Source of the DNA: Croceivirga sp.
GTDB taxonomy: Bacteria > Bacteroidota > Bacteroidia > Flavobacteriales > Flavobacteriaceae
Direction: 5' to 3'
DNA: 64,000 nt
Assembly: GCA_028284935.1 (NCBI GenBank)
Contig: JANQQQ010000016.1
Coordinates: 86,730 to 150,729, forward strand
This document shows, piece by piece, positions 1 to 8,954 of this stretch. Under the pieces are notes generated by a model. That model was not told the origin of the DNA, did no database searches, and saw only the letters and a program-made list of their open reading frames with translations. The translations under genes and the position numbers were made by a program. Positions within the stretch are counted from its first letter, which is position 1. The number at the start of each line of letters is the position of its first letter.

Positions 1-2
1 AA

Positions 3-557
3 CTGCGAAAATGGACGGTGCTATTCGAATCCTTGGTGATATTGGTGTACAATGTTTTGGTCTTGTTTGGAAGTTATACCTATTATAAAACCTCAATAAT
101 CAATGGACTCTACCCATTTCCCAAATTTACCTTTGAGGTGTATTACCCCATATTTTTTATCATTCTTCCCATCATTGTTTTTTCCCGATGGTATCTCACC
201 AAGAGGTCATTGAAAACTCCAGATATGCAAATCACACTTACGGGAGATAATAAATACGATGTCTTGAAGCTTCATGATGCCGATTTAATATGCATCTCCA
301 GTGCGGATAATTATGTGGAGGTCTCCTATTTGTCAAACAATGAACTTCGAAAAAAGCTTTTAAGAAGTACCATGAAAAAGATGCATGCCCAGAAACCTGA
401 ACTGGTTAAAGTGCACCGTTCACACCTGATCAACCCCTTTCATTTTAAAGAATGGAAGTCGAACAATAGCCTTCAATTGACCAAAATGGAAGTGCCGGTG
501 TCAAAAAATTATAGGAGAGATATTATCGCTATTCTTGATTCGCCCCTGAAACGATAG
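3..557 (+). CDS. Membrane-anchored LytTR-family transcriptional regulator (probably 5'-truncated by the window edge)
   Basis: Frame is open from nt 3. N-terminal hydrophobic segments, then a LytTR domain (ICISSADNYVEV...LLRSTMKK...VKVHRSHLIN...VPVSKNY). Confidence 0.85.
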   Translation: MRKWTVLFESLVILVYNVLVLFGSYTYYKTSIINGLYPFPKFTFEVYYPIFFIILPIIVFSRWYLTKRSLKTPDMQITLTGDNKYDVLKLHDADLICISSADNYVEVSYLSNNELRKKLLRSTMKKMHAQKPELVKVHRSHLINPFHFKEWKSNNSLQLTKMEVPVSKNYRRDIIAILDSPLKR

Positions 558-567
558 GTTTTATCCC
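539..567 (+). promoter_or_regulatory. Putative LytTR tandem binding boxes
   Basis: TTCGCCCC (539-546) and TTTATCCC (560-567), 21 bp apart, at the LytTR gene end and upstream of the next gene. Confidence 0.5.
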
Positions 568-628
568 AAACCCCTTAAAATAGAGGCTTTCTGGGATTTC
601 AGTGTCTAGTTTTGGAAAAAACAAATCA

Positions 629-1705
629 ATGCAACGGATACTTTTTACAGGGCTATTCATAGTGACACTCAGTGCAATTGGCCAAGAAAGAACAAACAAC
701 ACTCAGGAGAAACTGAGAACGTTTCTTGAGGAAAGTCAAGCCGCCGGAATTTCGGCAGGTTATGCGGTAAATGGAGAAATCATTTGGCAATCCGCAGAAG
801 GTTATGCGGATATAAAAGGTGAAATTCCCATCAAGACAAATACTAAAATACGGATGGCCTCTATTGCAAAATCCATGACGGCACTGGCCGTAATGCAATT
901 GTGGGAGGCCGGGAAACTGGATTTGGACGCTCCCATTCAAACCTATATTCCGGACTATCCTAAACAGCCTAAAACCCAAATTACTATTCGGCATTTGCTT
1001 TCGCACACCTCTGGTTTATCAGGGTACCAGAACCTAAAGGAACAGAGCAACACCAAAGAATATCAATCCTTGACGAACGCCCTTGAGGTATTTAAGGATA
1101 GGGAACTCCTTTTTGAACCTGGAACCAAATACAGCTATACCACCTATGGATATACTGTTTTGGGGGTCATTATCGAAAGGGTTTCAGGAATGACCTTTGA
1201 AGAATACATGCGGCAACATATTTGGGACAAGGCAAACATGATGGATACAGGTGTGGTCAAATATGGAGCTGTTTTGGAGAATGCCTCCGGCATATATCGC
1301 AGAAAAGGGGGAAAAGGCAAAGCGAGAGAGGGTGTGGAAACCAACTTGAGCGACAGAATTCCTGGCGGGGGATTGTATACTACGGTACCTGATATGCTTA
1401 AGTTTGGAAATTCCGTTTTGAACCATGTTTTTGTCAAAAGTGAAACCCTTGATTTGATGCGTGAGCACCATAGTTTGGAAAAGGAACGCAACGGATATGG
1501 ATTTGGGTGGTATTTATATGGTACCAAGCCAAATGAAGGAGACATCATAGGGCACTCAGGAGCACAAATGGGGGCCTCGTCCCAGCTTTGGATTGTTCCT
1601 GACAGGAAAGTGGTGGTAATTGTTTTGGCAAACACCTCAAGGGTGGAAGTTGGGGGATTTGCCAATGAATTGCTTATGACGGCGTTGGAGGAGGTGAAAA
1701 AATAA
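629..1705 (+). CDS. Serine hydrolase, beta-lactamase class C-like family, exported
   Basis: SxxK (MASIAK), LLSHTSG, YSYTTYGY and GHSG motifs. Signal-peptide-like N-terminus from ATG 629 (ORF track starts at GTG 602). Confidence 0.85.
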   Translation: MQRILFTGLFIVTLSAIGQERTNNTQEKLRTFLEESQAAGISAGYAVNGEIIWQSAEGYADIKGEIPIKTNTKIRMASIAKSMTALAVMQLWEAGKLDLDAPIQTYIPDYPKQPKTQITIRHLLSHTSGLSGYQNLKEQSNTKEYQSLTNALEVFKDRELLFEPGTKYSYTTYGYTVLGVIIERVSGMTFEEYMRQHIWDKANMMDTGVVKYGAVLENASGIYRRKGGKGKAREGVETNLSDRIPGGGLYTTVPDMLKFGNSVLNHVFVKSETLDLMREHHSLEKERNGYGFGWYLYGTKPNEGDIIGHSGAQMGASSQLWIVPDRKVVVIVLANTSRVEVGGFANELLMTALEEVKK

Positions 1706-1781
1706 TCCTTTTCTATGTTTTGAAAACTATATTTAAGACTTAATAGGATGAAATATTTGCTTAAACAATAAATTTTATCAG

Positions 1782-1807
1782 AATAGAGTCAATTAATTGA
1801 CTCTATT
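1782..1807. repeat. Perfect 26-bp palindrome (operator or terminator)
   Basis: AATAGAGTCAATT-AATTGACTCTATT, 28 bp upstream of the ATPase start. Confidence 0.85.
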
Positions 1808-1835
1808 TTATATTTTTATATCAAATTAATGAAAG

Positions 1836-3266
1836 TTGTTAAGGTCAATTTCAAAAAAACAAGTTTTGGAGAGGATTAAGTTTGAAAATCCTTGGTGGGT
1901 TGATGGCCACATCGAAGATGATTTTAATATCATGGCCAGAAGACTCTATTTTGATTTATTTAAACCATTGGTATATGAAAAAGACATCAGAAGAGCAGTA
2001 GTTCTTATGGGTCCTAGGCGAGTAGGAAAAACGGTCATGTTGTATCATATGGTAGAAGATTTGATAATGAACGGAGCTAATCCAAAAAAAATCATTTTTG
2101 TCACAATTGAAAATCCAATCTATAACAACATTTCACTAGAGCAACTTTTTGAGTATGCTAAGGAGGCCTCTGGTATAAAGGACAAAAATGATTGGTATGT
2201 TATTTACGATGAAATCCAATATTGTCGAGATTGGGAAGTACATCTTAAGTCTTTGGTTGATAGTTATAGAAAAGACAAATTTATTGTTTCCGGTTCGGCA
2301 GCAGCGGCGCTTAAATTTGCTAGTAATGAAAGTGGAGCTGGGCGTTTCACTGATTTTCTTCTACCACCACTTACGTTTAATGAATATATTTCTTTGCTTG
2401 GTTTGGAGCTTATTATTACCACAACGGAATTAAAATGGAAGGAACACGTCACCCAATTTTATACATCATCACACTTAAATGAACTAAACAAACATTTTAT
2501 CGATTATATAAACTTTGGAGGATATCCTGAGGTGATTTTTTCCAAGAAAATCCAAGAGAACCCCGGACGGTACATCAGACAGGATATAATTGATAAGGTT
2601 TTGTTGAGAGACTTGCCGAGCTTATACGGAATAAGCGATACAAGGGAGTTGAACTCTTTGTTCACAACCATTGCATATAATAGTGGAGGAGAATTTTCTT
2701 TAGAGACATTGAGCAAAGAATCTCAAGTTCCAAAAAACACCATAAAGAAATACATTGAATATTTAGAAGCTGCTTATTTGATAAAGAGGGTAAAACGAAT
2801 TGGTCAAAGTGGAAAACGTTTTAAAAGAGATAATTTTTTCAAAATTTATTTGACTAATCCGTCATTGAGAAGTGCATTGTTTTCCCCAATAGCAGCCACT
2901 GACGAAATGATTGGAAATATGGTTGAAACGGCGATTTTTTCTCAATGGCTGCATAGGGATTGGTTTACACCGTGGTATGCAAGATGGTCCAACGGTGAAG
3001 TAGATATGGTAGCTCTTAGTGAAACCAACCTAAAGCCTATTTGGGCCTTAGAAGTAAAATGGAGTAATCGATATTATGATAAGCCCAATGAACTAAAAAG
3101 TCTTCACAAGTTTTGTTCCGAGAATGATTTAAATCATCCAATTGTCACGACTATTGATGTCGAAGGCGAGAAGTATTATAAAGAACTAAACGTACAATTT
3201 CTACCTTCCGCTTCTTATGCATATACTATTGGGGCCAATACATTGGAACAGAAAAAAAATCGATAA
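1836..3266 (+). CDS. AAA+ ATPase (COG1373-type, AAA_14 + DUF4143-like C-terminus)
   Basis: Walker A GPRRVGKT, Walker B YVIYDEIQ, SGS and GGYPE motifs, C-terminal EVD...ALEVKW (PD-(D/E)xK-like). Confidence 0.85.
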   Translation: MLRSISKKQVLERIKFENPWWVDGHIEDDFNIMARRLYFDLFKPLVYEKDIRRAVVLMGPRRVGKTVMLYHMVEDLIMNGANPKKIIFVTIENPIYNNISLEQLFEYAKEASGIKDKNDWYVIYDEIQYCRDWEVHLKSLVDSYRKDKFIVSGSAAAALKFASNESGAGRFTDFLLPPLTFNEYISLLGLELIITTTELKWKEHVTQFYTSSHLNELNKHFIDYINFGGYPEVIFSKKIQENPGRYIRQDIIDKVLLRDLPSLYGISDTRELNSLFTTIAYNSGGEFSLETLSKESQVPKNTIKKYIEYLEAAYLIKRVKRIGQSGKRFKRDNFFKIYLTNPSLRSALFSPIAATDEMIGNMVETAIFSQWLHRDWFTPWYARWSNGEVDMVALSETNLKPIWALEVKWSNRYYDKPNELKSLHKFCSENDLNHPIVTTIDVEGEKYYKELNVQFLPSASYAYTIGANTLEQKKNR

Positions 3267-3311
3267 AATACTTGACCATTTTGGTGCCCTGTTGTTATTT
3301 CACACAATAGC

Positions 3312-4280
3312 TTAACAACATCCCCCACCATCATAATGAAAGGTAGATTCACTGATAAAAATATCGTCTCGCCCCAAGGAAGCTAATGCTCCTGCCGTTT
3401 TATCACAAACCGCCAAAGGTTGGTTTTTCAACAAAACATGCCCCTTGTGGTCATCAAAATAGTCTTCATCTCCAAAATAAATGGCCGCTTTTCCTGTGAA
3501 TATACAAGGGCCATCTTCTGGAATAGGGTCTTTGATGGCGGCAACCTCAATGGATTCAATATAAATTAATTCTTCCGTTGGGTAGTTTTTGGGATCCAAA
3601 ATGCGATAGGGTTTCCTGGCACGAATTTCAATGGTACCAAAGCCAACATCGGTCAATGCTTTGACGTACTGCTTTATGGGCAAACTTCCACTTAAACAGA
3701 GTGCCCTAAGCCTATCATCGTTTCTTAGGGTTTCATTCATGGGTTGTTCACAGGTGGGATCGCTCATCACCAATCGGCCATGGGGCTTGAGTACGCGGTA
3801 CATTTCTTCAATAGCGCGTTTAAGGTCCTCTTCCTTAAAGATATTGAACAGGCAATTTTGAGCCGCTACATCAATGCTATTATCTTCAACGGGCAAGTTG
3901 AGAGCATCGCCTTTTCGAAGCGCTACAAATTCTGATTGGAACCAATCGTTTTCCGCTTCCGCAATTTTGAAATTGTTGCGACTGGCTTCCAGCATTTCAT
4001 CCACAACATCCACTCCGACCACACCGCCTTTTTGGCGACTAAAATAAGAGAATTGAAGTAATTCCATTCCGCCACCAACACCCACGTATAAAATCTTGGG
4101 GTTGTTGGTCAAATCCCGGGCATGGACGGTACTCCCGCAGCCGTAGTTCATTTCTTGCATGATTTTAGGGATGGAAAGGCCCGGTAGTTCCCAAATGGGA
4201 TTGGTGGTGCAACATAACCCTACATCTGGTGTCAATGCTGCTTCTCTATATAAATCGCTGGTTGCTTCTAAATAGCTCAT
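3312..4280 (-). CDS. arsM: Arsenosugar-biosynthesis-associated arsenite methyltransferase
   Basis: GLCC, NYGCG, SAM-binding LYVGVGGG and ALCLSG motifs, C-terminal GGGCC. Directly downstream of arsS. Start taken at ATG 4280 (MSYLE). Confidence 0.85.
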   Translation of the reverse strand: MSYLEATSDLYREAALTPDVGLCCTTNPIWELPGLSIPKIMQEMNYGCGSTVHARDLTNNPKILYVGVGGGMELLQFSYFSRQKGGVVGVDVVDEMLEASRNNFKIAEAENDWFQSEFVALRKGDALNLPVEDNSIDVAAQNCLFNIFKEEDLKRAIEEMYRVLKPHGRLVMSDPTCEQPMNETLRNDDRLRALCLSGSLPIKQYVKALTDVGFGTIEIRARKPYRILDPKNYPTEELIYIESIEVAAIKDPIPEDGPCIFTGKAAIYFGDEDYFDDHKGHVLLKNQPLAVCDKTAGALASLGRDDIFISESTFHYDGGGCC

Positions 4281-4303
4281 ACTGTTATTTTGAATAGTTA
4301 AAA

Positions 4304-5392
4304 TTAGGTTACGGTTCCTTGACAGCTGCTTCCAGCCCCGGCCGTACATCCATAGCAATGTTGGGATATGATAATATTTCGGTCAGTAAGGATATCCTCA
4401 TTATAATCTTTGATGTGTTTTACCTTGCTAGCTAGCTTTAGGTCCAGCATTTGATTAAAATCACAATCATATAGCCACCCGTCCCAACTCACCGAAATGG
4501 TATTGGTACACATGACATTGGCCACAGCCGATGGGTTGTAGGCCTCTACCAAGGCATACATATAGTCCTCATAGTTCTCCGAAGCAATGAGGTAGTCCAA
4601 AAAGCGTGAAATGGGTAAATTGGTAATGGCGAAAAGGTTGTGGAACTGAATACCAAAATCTTCATCCAATGCCTTCTTAAAATCCTTTTCCAAAGCTGCT
4701 TGGTCCCCGGGAAGGTATGCTCCAGATGGGTTGTATACCAAATCCAATCGCAAATTGCTCCCTGGCATTCCGTACCCACGGGCATTCAATTCCTGTAGCG
4801 CTTTGATGGATTTATCAAAAACACCGTCACCACGTTGTTTGTCCGTTTTTCCCCGGGTATAATGGGGCATGGACGAAACCACGTGTACATTGTGCTTTTT
4901 GAAGAAATCGGGCAGGTCATAATACTTCTTATTGGCCCTGATGATCGTAAGGTTGGAACGAACGATAAAATCCTGAATTCCTGCTTTGGCCGCCTCTTCA
5001 ACAAACCATCTGAAATTTGGGTTCATTTCTGGAGCGCCCCCGGTCAAATCAAGCGTGTGTGCACCAGTATTGCGAATCACTTCCAGACACTGCTCCATGG
5101 TCTCACGGGTCATGATTTCCTTTCGATCCGGACCGGCATCAACATGGCAATGCTCGCATACTTGGTTGCACATATAGCCTACATTGATTTGTAGAATTTC
5201 CAGCTTTTTTGGCTTTAATGGATAGTGACCGATTTCGGAAATTTTGTCTTTAAAGTAGGGAAGCTCCCCATCGGCAAATAATCCCCCATTAAGGATGTCC
5301 AATTGCCTGTTCACAGAGGCCAGTTCATTATCACGGGCCTTCAATGATTTTTTGGATGCTTTCTTTACTTCGTTTAGAATACTTTGCGACAT
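4304..5392 (-). CDS. arsS: Arsenosugar biosynthesis radical SAM protein (Cys-rich C-terminus)
   Basis: CNQVCEHC (CxxxCxxC), TGGAPE, YDCDFNQ and the C-terminal HCYGCTAGAGSSCQG. Confidence 0.9.
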   Translation of the reverse strand: MSQSILNEVKKASKKSLKARDNELASVNRQLDILNGGLFADGELPYFKDKISEIGHYPLKPKKLEILQINVGYMCNQVCEHCHVDAGPDRKEIMTRETMEQCLEVIRNTGAHTLDLTGGAPEMNPNFRWFVEEAAKAGIQDFIVRSNLTIIRANKKYYDLPDFFKKHNVHVVSSMPHYTRGKTDKQRGDGVFDKSIKALQELNARGYGMPGSNLRLDLVYNPSGAYLPGDQAALEKDFKKALDEDFGIQFHNLFAITNLPISRFLDYLIASENYEDYMYALVEAYNPSAVANVMCTNTISVSWDGWLYDCDFNQMLDLKLASKVKHIKDYNEDILTDRNIIISQHCYGCTAGAGSSCQGTVT

Positions 5393-5395
5393 GGG

Positions 5396-5731
5396 TTACA
5401 TGGATAATTTATTGTACTTGTTCATCATTTGCACGCCATGAACCAGGGTGGCTCCGCTTTCAATAGCGGCACCTGCATGGACGGCTTCCATCATTTCTTC
5501 CTTTGTAATACCCCGTTGCAGACCGTCCTTAGTGTAGGCATCAATGCAATAGGGGCATTTGACCACGTGGGCAACGGCCAATGCTATCAAGGATTTTTCA
5601 CGGGCGCTCAAGGCCCCTTCTTCAAATACCTTTCCGTAATAATCAAAGAATTTGGTGCCGAGTTCTTCGCTCCATTCCGTTATATTTCCAAACTTTCGTA
5701 GATCTGCTGGGTCATAATATGAGTTTGCCAT
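5396..5731 (-). CDS. Arsenosugar-associated AhpD/carboxymuconolactone decarboxylase-like peroxidase
   Basis: EKSLIALAVAHVVKCPYCIDAY (CxxC AhpD motif), adjacent to arsS. Confidence 0.85.
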   Translation of the reverse strand: MANSYYDPADLRKFGNITEWSEELGTKFFDYYGKVFEEGALSAREKSLIALAVAHVVKCPYCIDAYTKDGLQRGITKEEMMEAVHAGAAIESGATLVHGVQMMNKYNKLSM

Positions 5732-5791
5732 GTTTTATAAGCTTATGGTGAATAAAATTTTTGGGTGCACTCCAAAAACGAGGAGTAACAA

Positions 5792-5819
5792 TTTTTCTGA
5801 AAAAGAAGGTTCAGAAAAA
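5792..5819. other. Intergenic stem-loop inside the ars operon
   Basis: TTTTTCTGAA (5792-5801) / TTCAGAAAAA (5810-5819), perfect 10-bp inverted repeat. Confidence 0.6.
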
Positions 5820-5841
5820 AAAGGGTCCAAATGGACAACAA

Positions 5842-6531
5842 CTAAAATGAAAGGGAGGGAGAGCCTTTGTTAAAAGGATGGCTGATTTCAAATGACTTGG
5901 GAACATTATGGTGATAAAAGCTATTCCATTGCTTTCTTCTAATTATGGATAGCAATAAACGAAAAAGGGCAACAGAAATAAAATCTCGATGGGCAATGAC
6001 GGATTGAATATCTGCTATGGAATCAATATCGGTCAATCTTGGTAATTGGTGAAGCATTCCCCTGCGCATAAAGAAGCGTGCAGTTTCCTGAAATAGCTGT
6101 TGCTTTTGCCAAGGGAGTTGACGAAAACCAATGGGTTCAAAACGGTTCTTGTGAATCCCTAAGAGATAGATGCCGCCATCCGTGCTCGGCCCAATAACGG
6201 TTTTGCCATTAATCAGGTTTTCATAGGCCCGCTGGAGGGTGGCAACCGAAAGGTTGGGGGTATCATTCCCAACAGTAATTACGCTATCAAACCCTTTTGA
6301 GAAAATGGATTGTATGGCAGTCGTAAAACGCGCCCCAAAATCTGAGCCTATTTGGAGCTCTTCGGAATACACAAAATAGGGCAGTCCCGTTTTTTTGACC
6401 TTAGCGACAATTTCGTCATTTAAGGATTTAAAGAGTGGACCTGATTGCGGAATACTTTTGCGTGCAGCATCTACGCCATGGGAATTGGCAAATATTAGTA
6501 TGGCCGTGGTATTCAAATTAGGCAGCTGCAA
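5842..6531 (-). CDS. DUF2064 / CofC-like nucleotidyl- or glycosyltransferase associated with arsenosugar clusters
   Basis: QIGSDFGARF, VGNDTP, IGPSTDGGIYLLG and DID motifs. First gene of the arsS cluster. Confidence 0.8.
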   Translation of the reverse strand: MQLPNLNTTAILIFANSHGVDAARKSIPQSGPLFKSLNDEIVAKVKKTGLPYFVYSEELQIGSDFGARFTTAIQSIFSKGFDSVITVGNDTPNLSVATLQRAYENLINGKTVIGPSTDGGIYLLGIHKNRFEPIGFRQLPWQKQQLFQETARFFMRRGMLHQLPRLTDIDSIADIQSVIAHRDFISVALFRLLLSIIRRKQWNSFYHHNVPKSFEISHPFNKGSPSLSF

Positions 6532-6577
6532 GAAAATTAAGCTTTAGGTAAACTTACGATAAAATTCCTGAGTAGGT

Positions 6578-7426
6578 TTGGTCGAATATTTGACAAAACA
6601 TTACAAAAAGTTTATCGTAAAGACTATAATTTTGGATGATGACAATCTGACCAAGATGATTGAACAATCAAAAAGACTGGGATTGGTGCTTTCCGGTGGA
6701 GGTATTCGGGGCATGGCCCATATTGGATTGATCAAAGCCATGCAAGAGCGTAACATTGAAGCTGACTCGATTGCCGGATCCAGTATTGGTGCTTTGATAG
6801 GAGCCCTATATGCCAATGAAACCTCAACGGATGAAATGCTACAGTTTTTCAAGGAAACACCGTTGTTTAAATATAGTTTTTTTGCGTTCGGGAAGCCTGG
6901 ATTCATAGATACCGAAAGGTATGTTCCTATTCTTAAAAAGCACTTTTCAGAGAATTCCTTTTCTTCTCTAAAGAAGCCTTTATTTGTGGTAGCCACTGAT
7001 ATGCAGAACGGAACCGAACGGGTTTTTAAAGAGGGGGAACTCATTCGACCTTTATTGGCTTCGGCCGCTTTGTCCCCCGTATTCAGTCCTGTTGTAATCG
7101 ATAATGTTTTATATGCGGATGGGGGAATCATGAATAATTTTCCGAAGGAATATCTGGAGAAGGATGCTGATTTTATCATCGGGAGCAACGTCTCCATCGC
7201 CGGGAAGTTGGACAAGAAGGACTTGCGTAATTCCATACAACTGGCTGCACGAATTACAGGCTTGATGGTGTATGCTTCAAGCCATGAGAAGTTGCAACAA
7301 TGTGATTTGAAAATAGAACCCTTGGATCTTGAGGGAATCGGTGTCTTGGACAAAAAGGGCATAGAAAAGGCCTACACCATCGGATATGATGCCGCCAGCT
7401 TTGCCCTAGATGAAATTATGACCTAA
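6578..7426 (+). CDS. Patatin-like phospholipase
   Basis: LSGGGIRG, GSSIG (GxSxG) and DGG motifs. True start may be ATG 6656. Confidence 0.9.
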   Translation: MVEYLTKHYKKFIVKTIILDDDNLTKMIEQSKRLGLVLSGGGIRGMAHIGLIKAMQERNIEADSIAGSSIGALIGALYANETSTDEMLQFFKETPLFKYSFFAFGKPGFIDTERYVPILKKHFSENSFSSLKKPLFVVATDMQNGTERVFKEGELIRPLLASAALSPVFSPVVIDNVLYADGGIMNNFPKEYLEKDADFIIGSNVSIAGKLDKKDLRNSIQLAARITGLMVYASSHEKLQQCDLKIEPLDLEGIGVLDKKGIEKAYTIGYDAASFALDEIMT

Positions 7427-8472
7427 ACATCATCATAATCCACTTTTAATGTTGGCGATTTTGCGTGTGCCTGGCAGGTTAGAATCAAACCTTCGGCAAC
7501 TTCGCTGTCCGTCAATATTTGGTTTTTGACCATTTCTGCTTCTCCTTCCACAATTCGGGCAATACAAGAGCTACAAACCCCACCTTGGCAAGAATACGGG
7601 GCATCAATGTCATTTTTAAGAACAGCATCCAAAACCAATTCTTTCCGGTCCATGGTAAACTCTTGCTCCTCATCATCCAAGACCACCGTTACCTTGGTTT
7701 GTCCCTCTAGCCCTTCAACTTCACTGGAGTCAGCATCCGACGAGGTAAATAGCTCGAACAAGATATCCTCTTCGGGCACACCATTGTTTTTTAGGGAATT
7801 GGATACTGTGTCAATCATTTGTTCTGGACCGCAGAGATAAAAGGCATCGAAATCAAATTCCTTGAATTTGTTCTTCACTACCAAATTGACCGTTGCATTT
7901 TCAATGCGACCAAAAAGGCAATCCGCTTCATTGCTACGACTGTAGACCCATTGAACAAAAAACCGATTGTTATATTTTTCTTGCAGTTGAAGCAGCGCAT
8001 TACGGTACATGGTCCCTTCGGGATTCTGATTTCCGAAAATCAATACGAATTGATTTCCCTCGTTCGATTCCAACACGGTTTGGACAATGCTCATAATTGG
8101 AGTGATACCACTTCCTGCGGCAAAGGCTGCAATGGTTTTTGGAGTTCCATTGTTTTCAAACACAAATCGACCTTCTGGCGGCATGACTTCCAAAGTATCT
8201 CCCGCAGAAATTTCTTCATTGGCATATTTTGAAAAAGTACCGTTTGGCATCTTTTTTATTCCTACCGTCAGCTTTCCCGATGAGGGTGATGAAGAAATTG
8301 AATAAGCCCGTCGCACCTCCTCGCCGTTCAACTGCTTTTTTAGGGTAATGTACTGCCCAGCCGTAAATTGAAAGGTTTCCTTTAATGAATCAGGAACATT
8401 GAAAGTCAAGGCCACCGAATCCGGTGTCAACGAATCAACGGATAAAACCTGTAGTGCGTGAAAATCACTCAT
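7423..8472 (-). CDS. Ferredoxin-NADP reductase-type oxidoreductase with C-terminal 2Fe-2S domain (PaaE-like)
   Basis: RAYSISS, AAGSGITP, YLCGP and YSCQGGVCSSC...LTCQ motifs. Confidence 0.9.
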   Translation of the reverse strand: MSDFHALQVLSVDSLTPDSVALTFNVPDSLKETFQFTAGQYITLKKQLNGEEVRRAYSISSSPSSGKLTVGIKKMPNGTFSKYANEEISAGDTLEVMPPEGRFVFENNGTPKTIAAFAAGSGITPIMSIVQTVLESNEGNQFVLIFGNQNPEGTMYRNALLQLQEKYNNRFFVQWVYSRSNEADCLFGRIENATVNLVVKNKFKEFDFDAFYLCGPEQMIDTVSNSLKNNGVPEEDILFELFTSSDADSSEVEGLEGQTKVTVVLDDEEQEFTMDRKELVLDAVLKNDIDAPYSCQGGVCSSCIARIVEGEAEMVKNQILTDSEVAEGLILTCQAHAKSPTLKVDYDDV

Positions 8473-8486
8473 AGCAAAAATTTTTG

Positions 8487-8494
8487 CAAAGCTA
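8487..8494 (-). promoter_or_regulatory. Bacteroidota -7 promoter element for the oxidoreductase
   Basis: TAGCTTTG on the minus strand matches TAnnTTTG, 14 nt upstream of the ATG. Confidence 0.6.
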
Positions 8495-8530
8495 AGACTT
8501 CGCCCATCGAAAAAACATACCTAAGATTAT

Positions 8531-8557
8531 TATGCATAAGAAAATTATGTATATTGC
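8531..8557 (+). promoter_or_regulatory. Putative PadR autoregulatory operator overlapping a -7-like element
   Basis: TATGCATAA-GAAAA-TTATGTATA inverted repeat (8/9 match), overlapping TATATTGC. Confidence 0.5.
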
Positions 8558-8603
8558 ATGGAGTTAAGAATGTTCCCATCAATGGTTGAACGAATTTGAA
8601 ATT

Positions 8604-8954
8604 ATGCCAAACGCTAAATTGTATAAGGGAAGTCTCAATACCATTATCCTAAAGTTATTGGATGAACAAGGCAAAATGTATGGTTATGAGATAACGCAAA
8701 AAGTCAAAAAATTGACCAAAGGGGAACTAAATATCACCGAAGGCGCGCTATACCCGGCACTGCACAAGTTGGAAAAGGATGGTCTCTTGGATGTGGAGGT
8801 CACCAAAGTAGGCAATAGAATTCGAAAATATTATAAGCTCACAGGGCTCGGCGAGAAGGAAACCGCCAATCGCTTGGTAGAGTTGGAAAAATTTATTCGA
8901 AATATGCAGCAACTGGTCAATCCAAAATGGAGTTTACTATGGATAAAAGCTTGA
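8604..8954 (+). CDS. PadR-family transcriptional regulator
   Basis: KGSLNTIILKLL...MYGYEI...EGALYPALHKLEKDG...RKYYKLT. ATG 8604 preferred over TTG 8586. Confidence 0.92.
   Translation: MPNAKLYKGSLNTIILKLLDEQGKMYGYEITQKVKKLTKGELNITEGALYPALHKLEKDGLLDVEVTKVGNRIRKYYKLTGLGEKETANRLVELEKFIRNMQQLVNPKWSLLWIKA

Noticed and set aside
3312-5731. Possible selenocysteine recoding in the radical SAM cluster
   Set aside because: arsM, arsS and the AhpD gene are uninterrupted and end in TAA, with no in-frame TGA.
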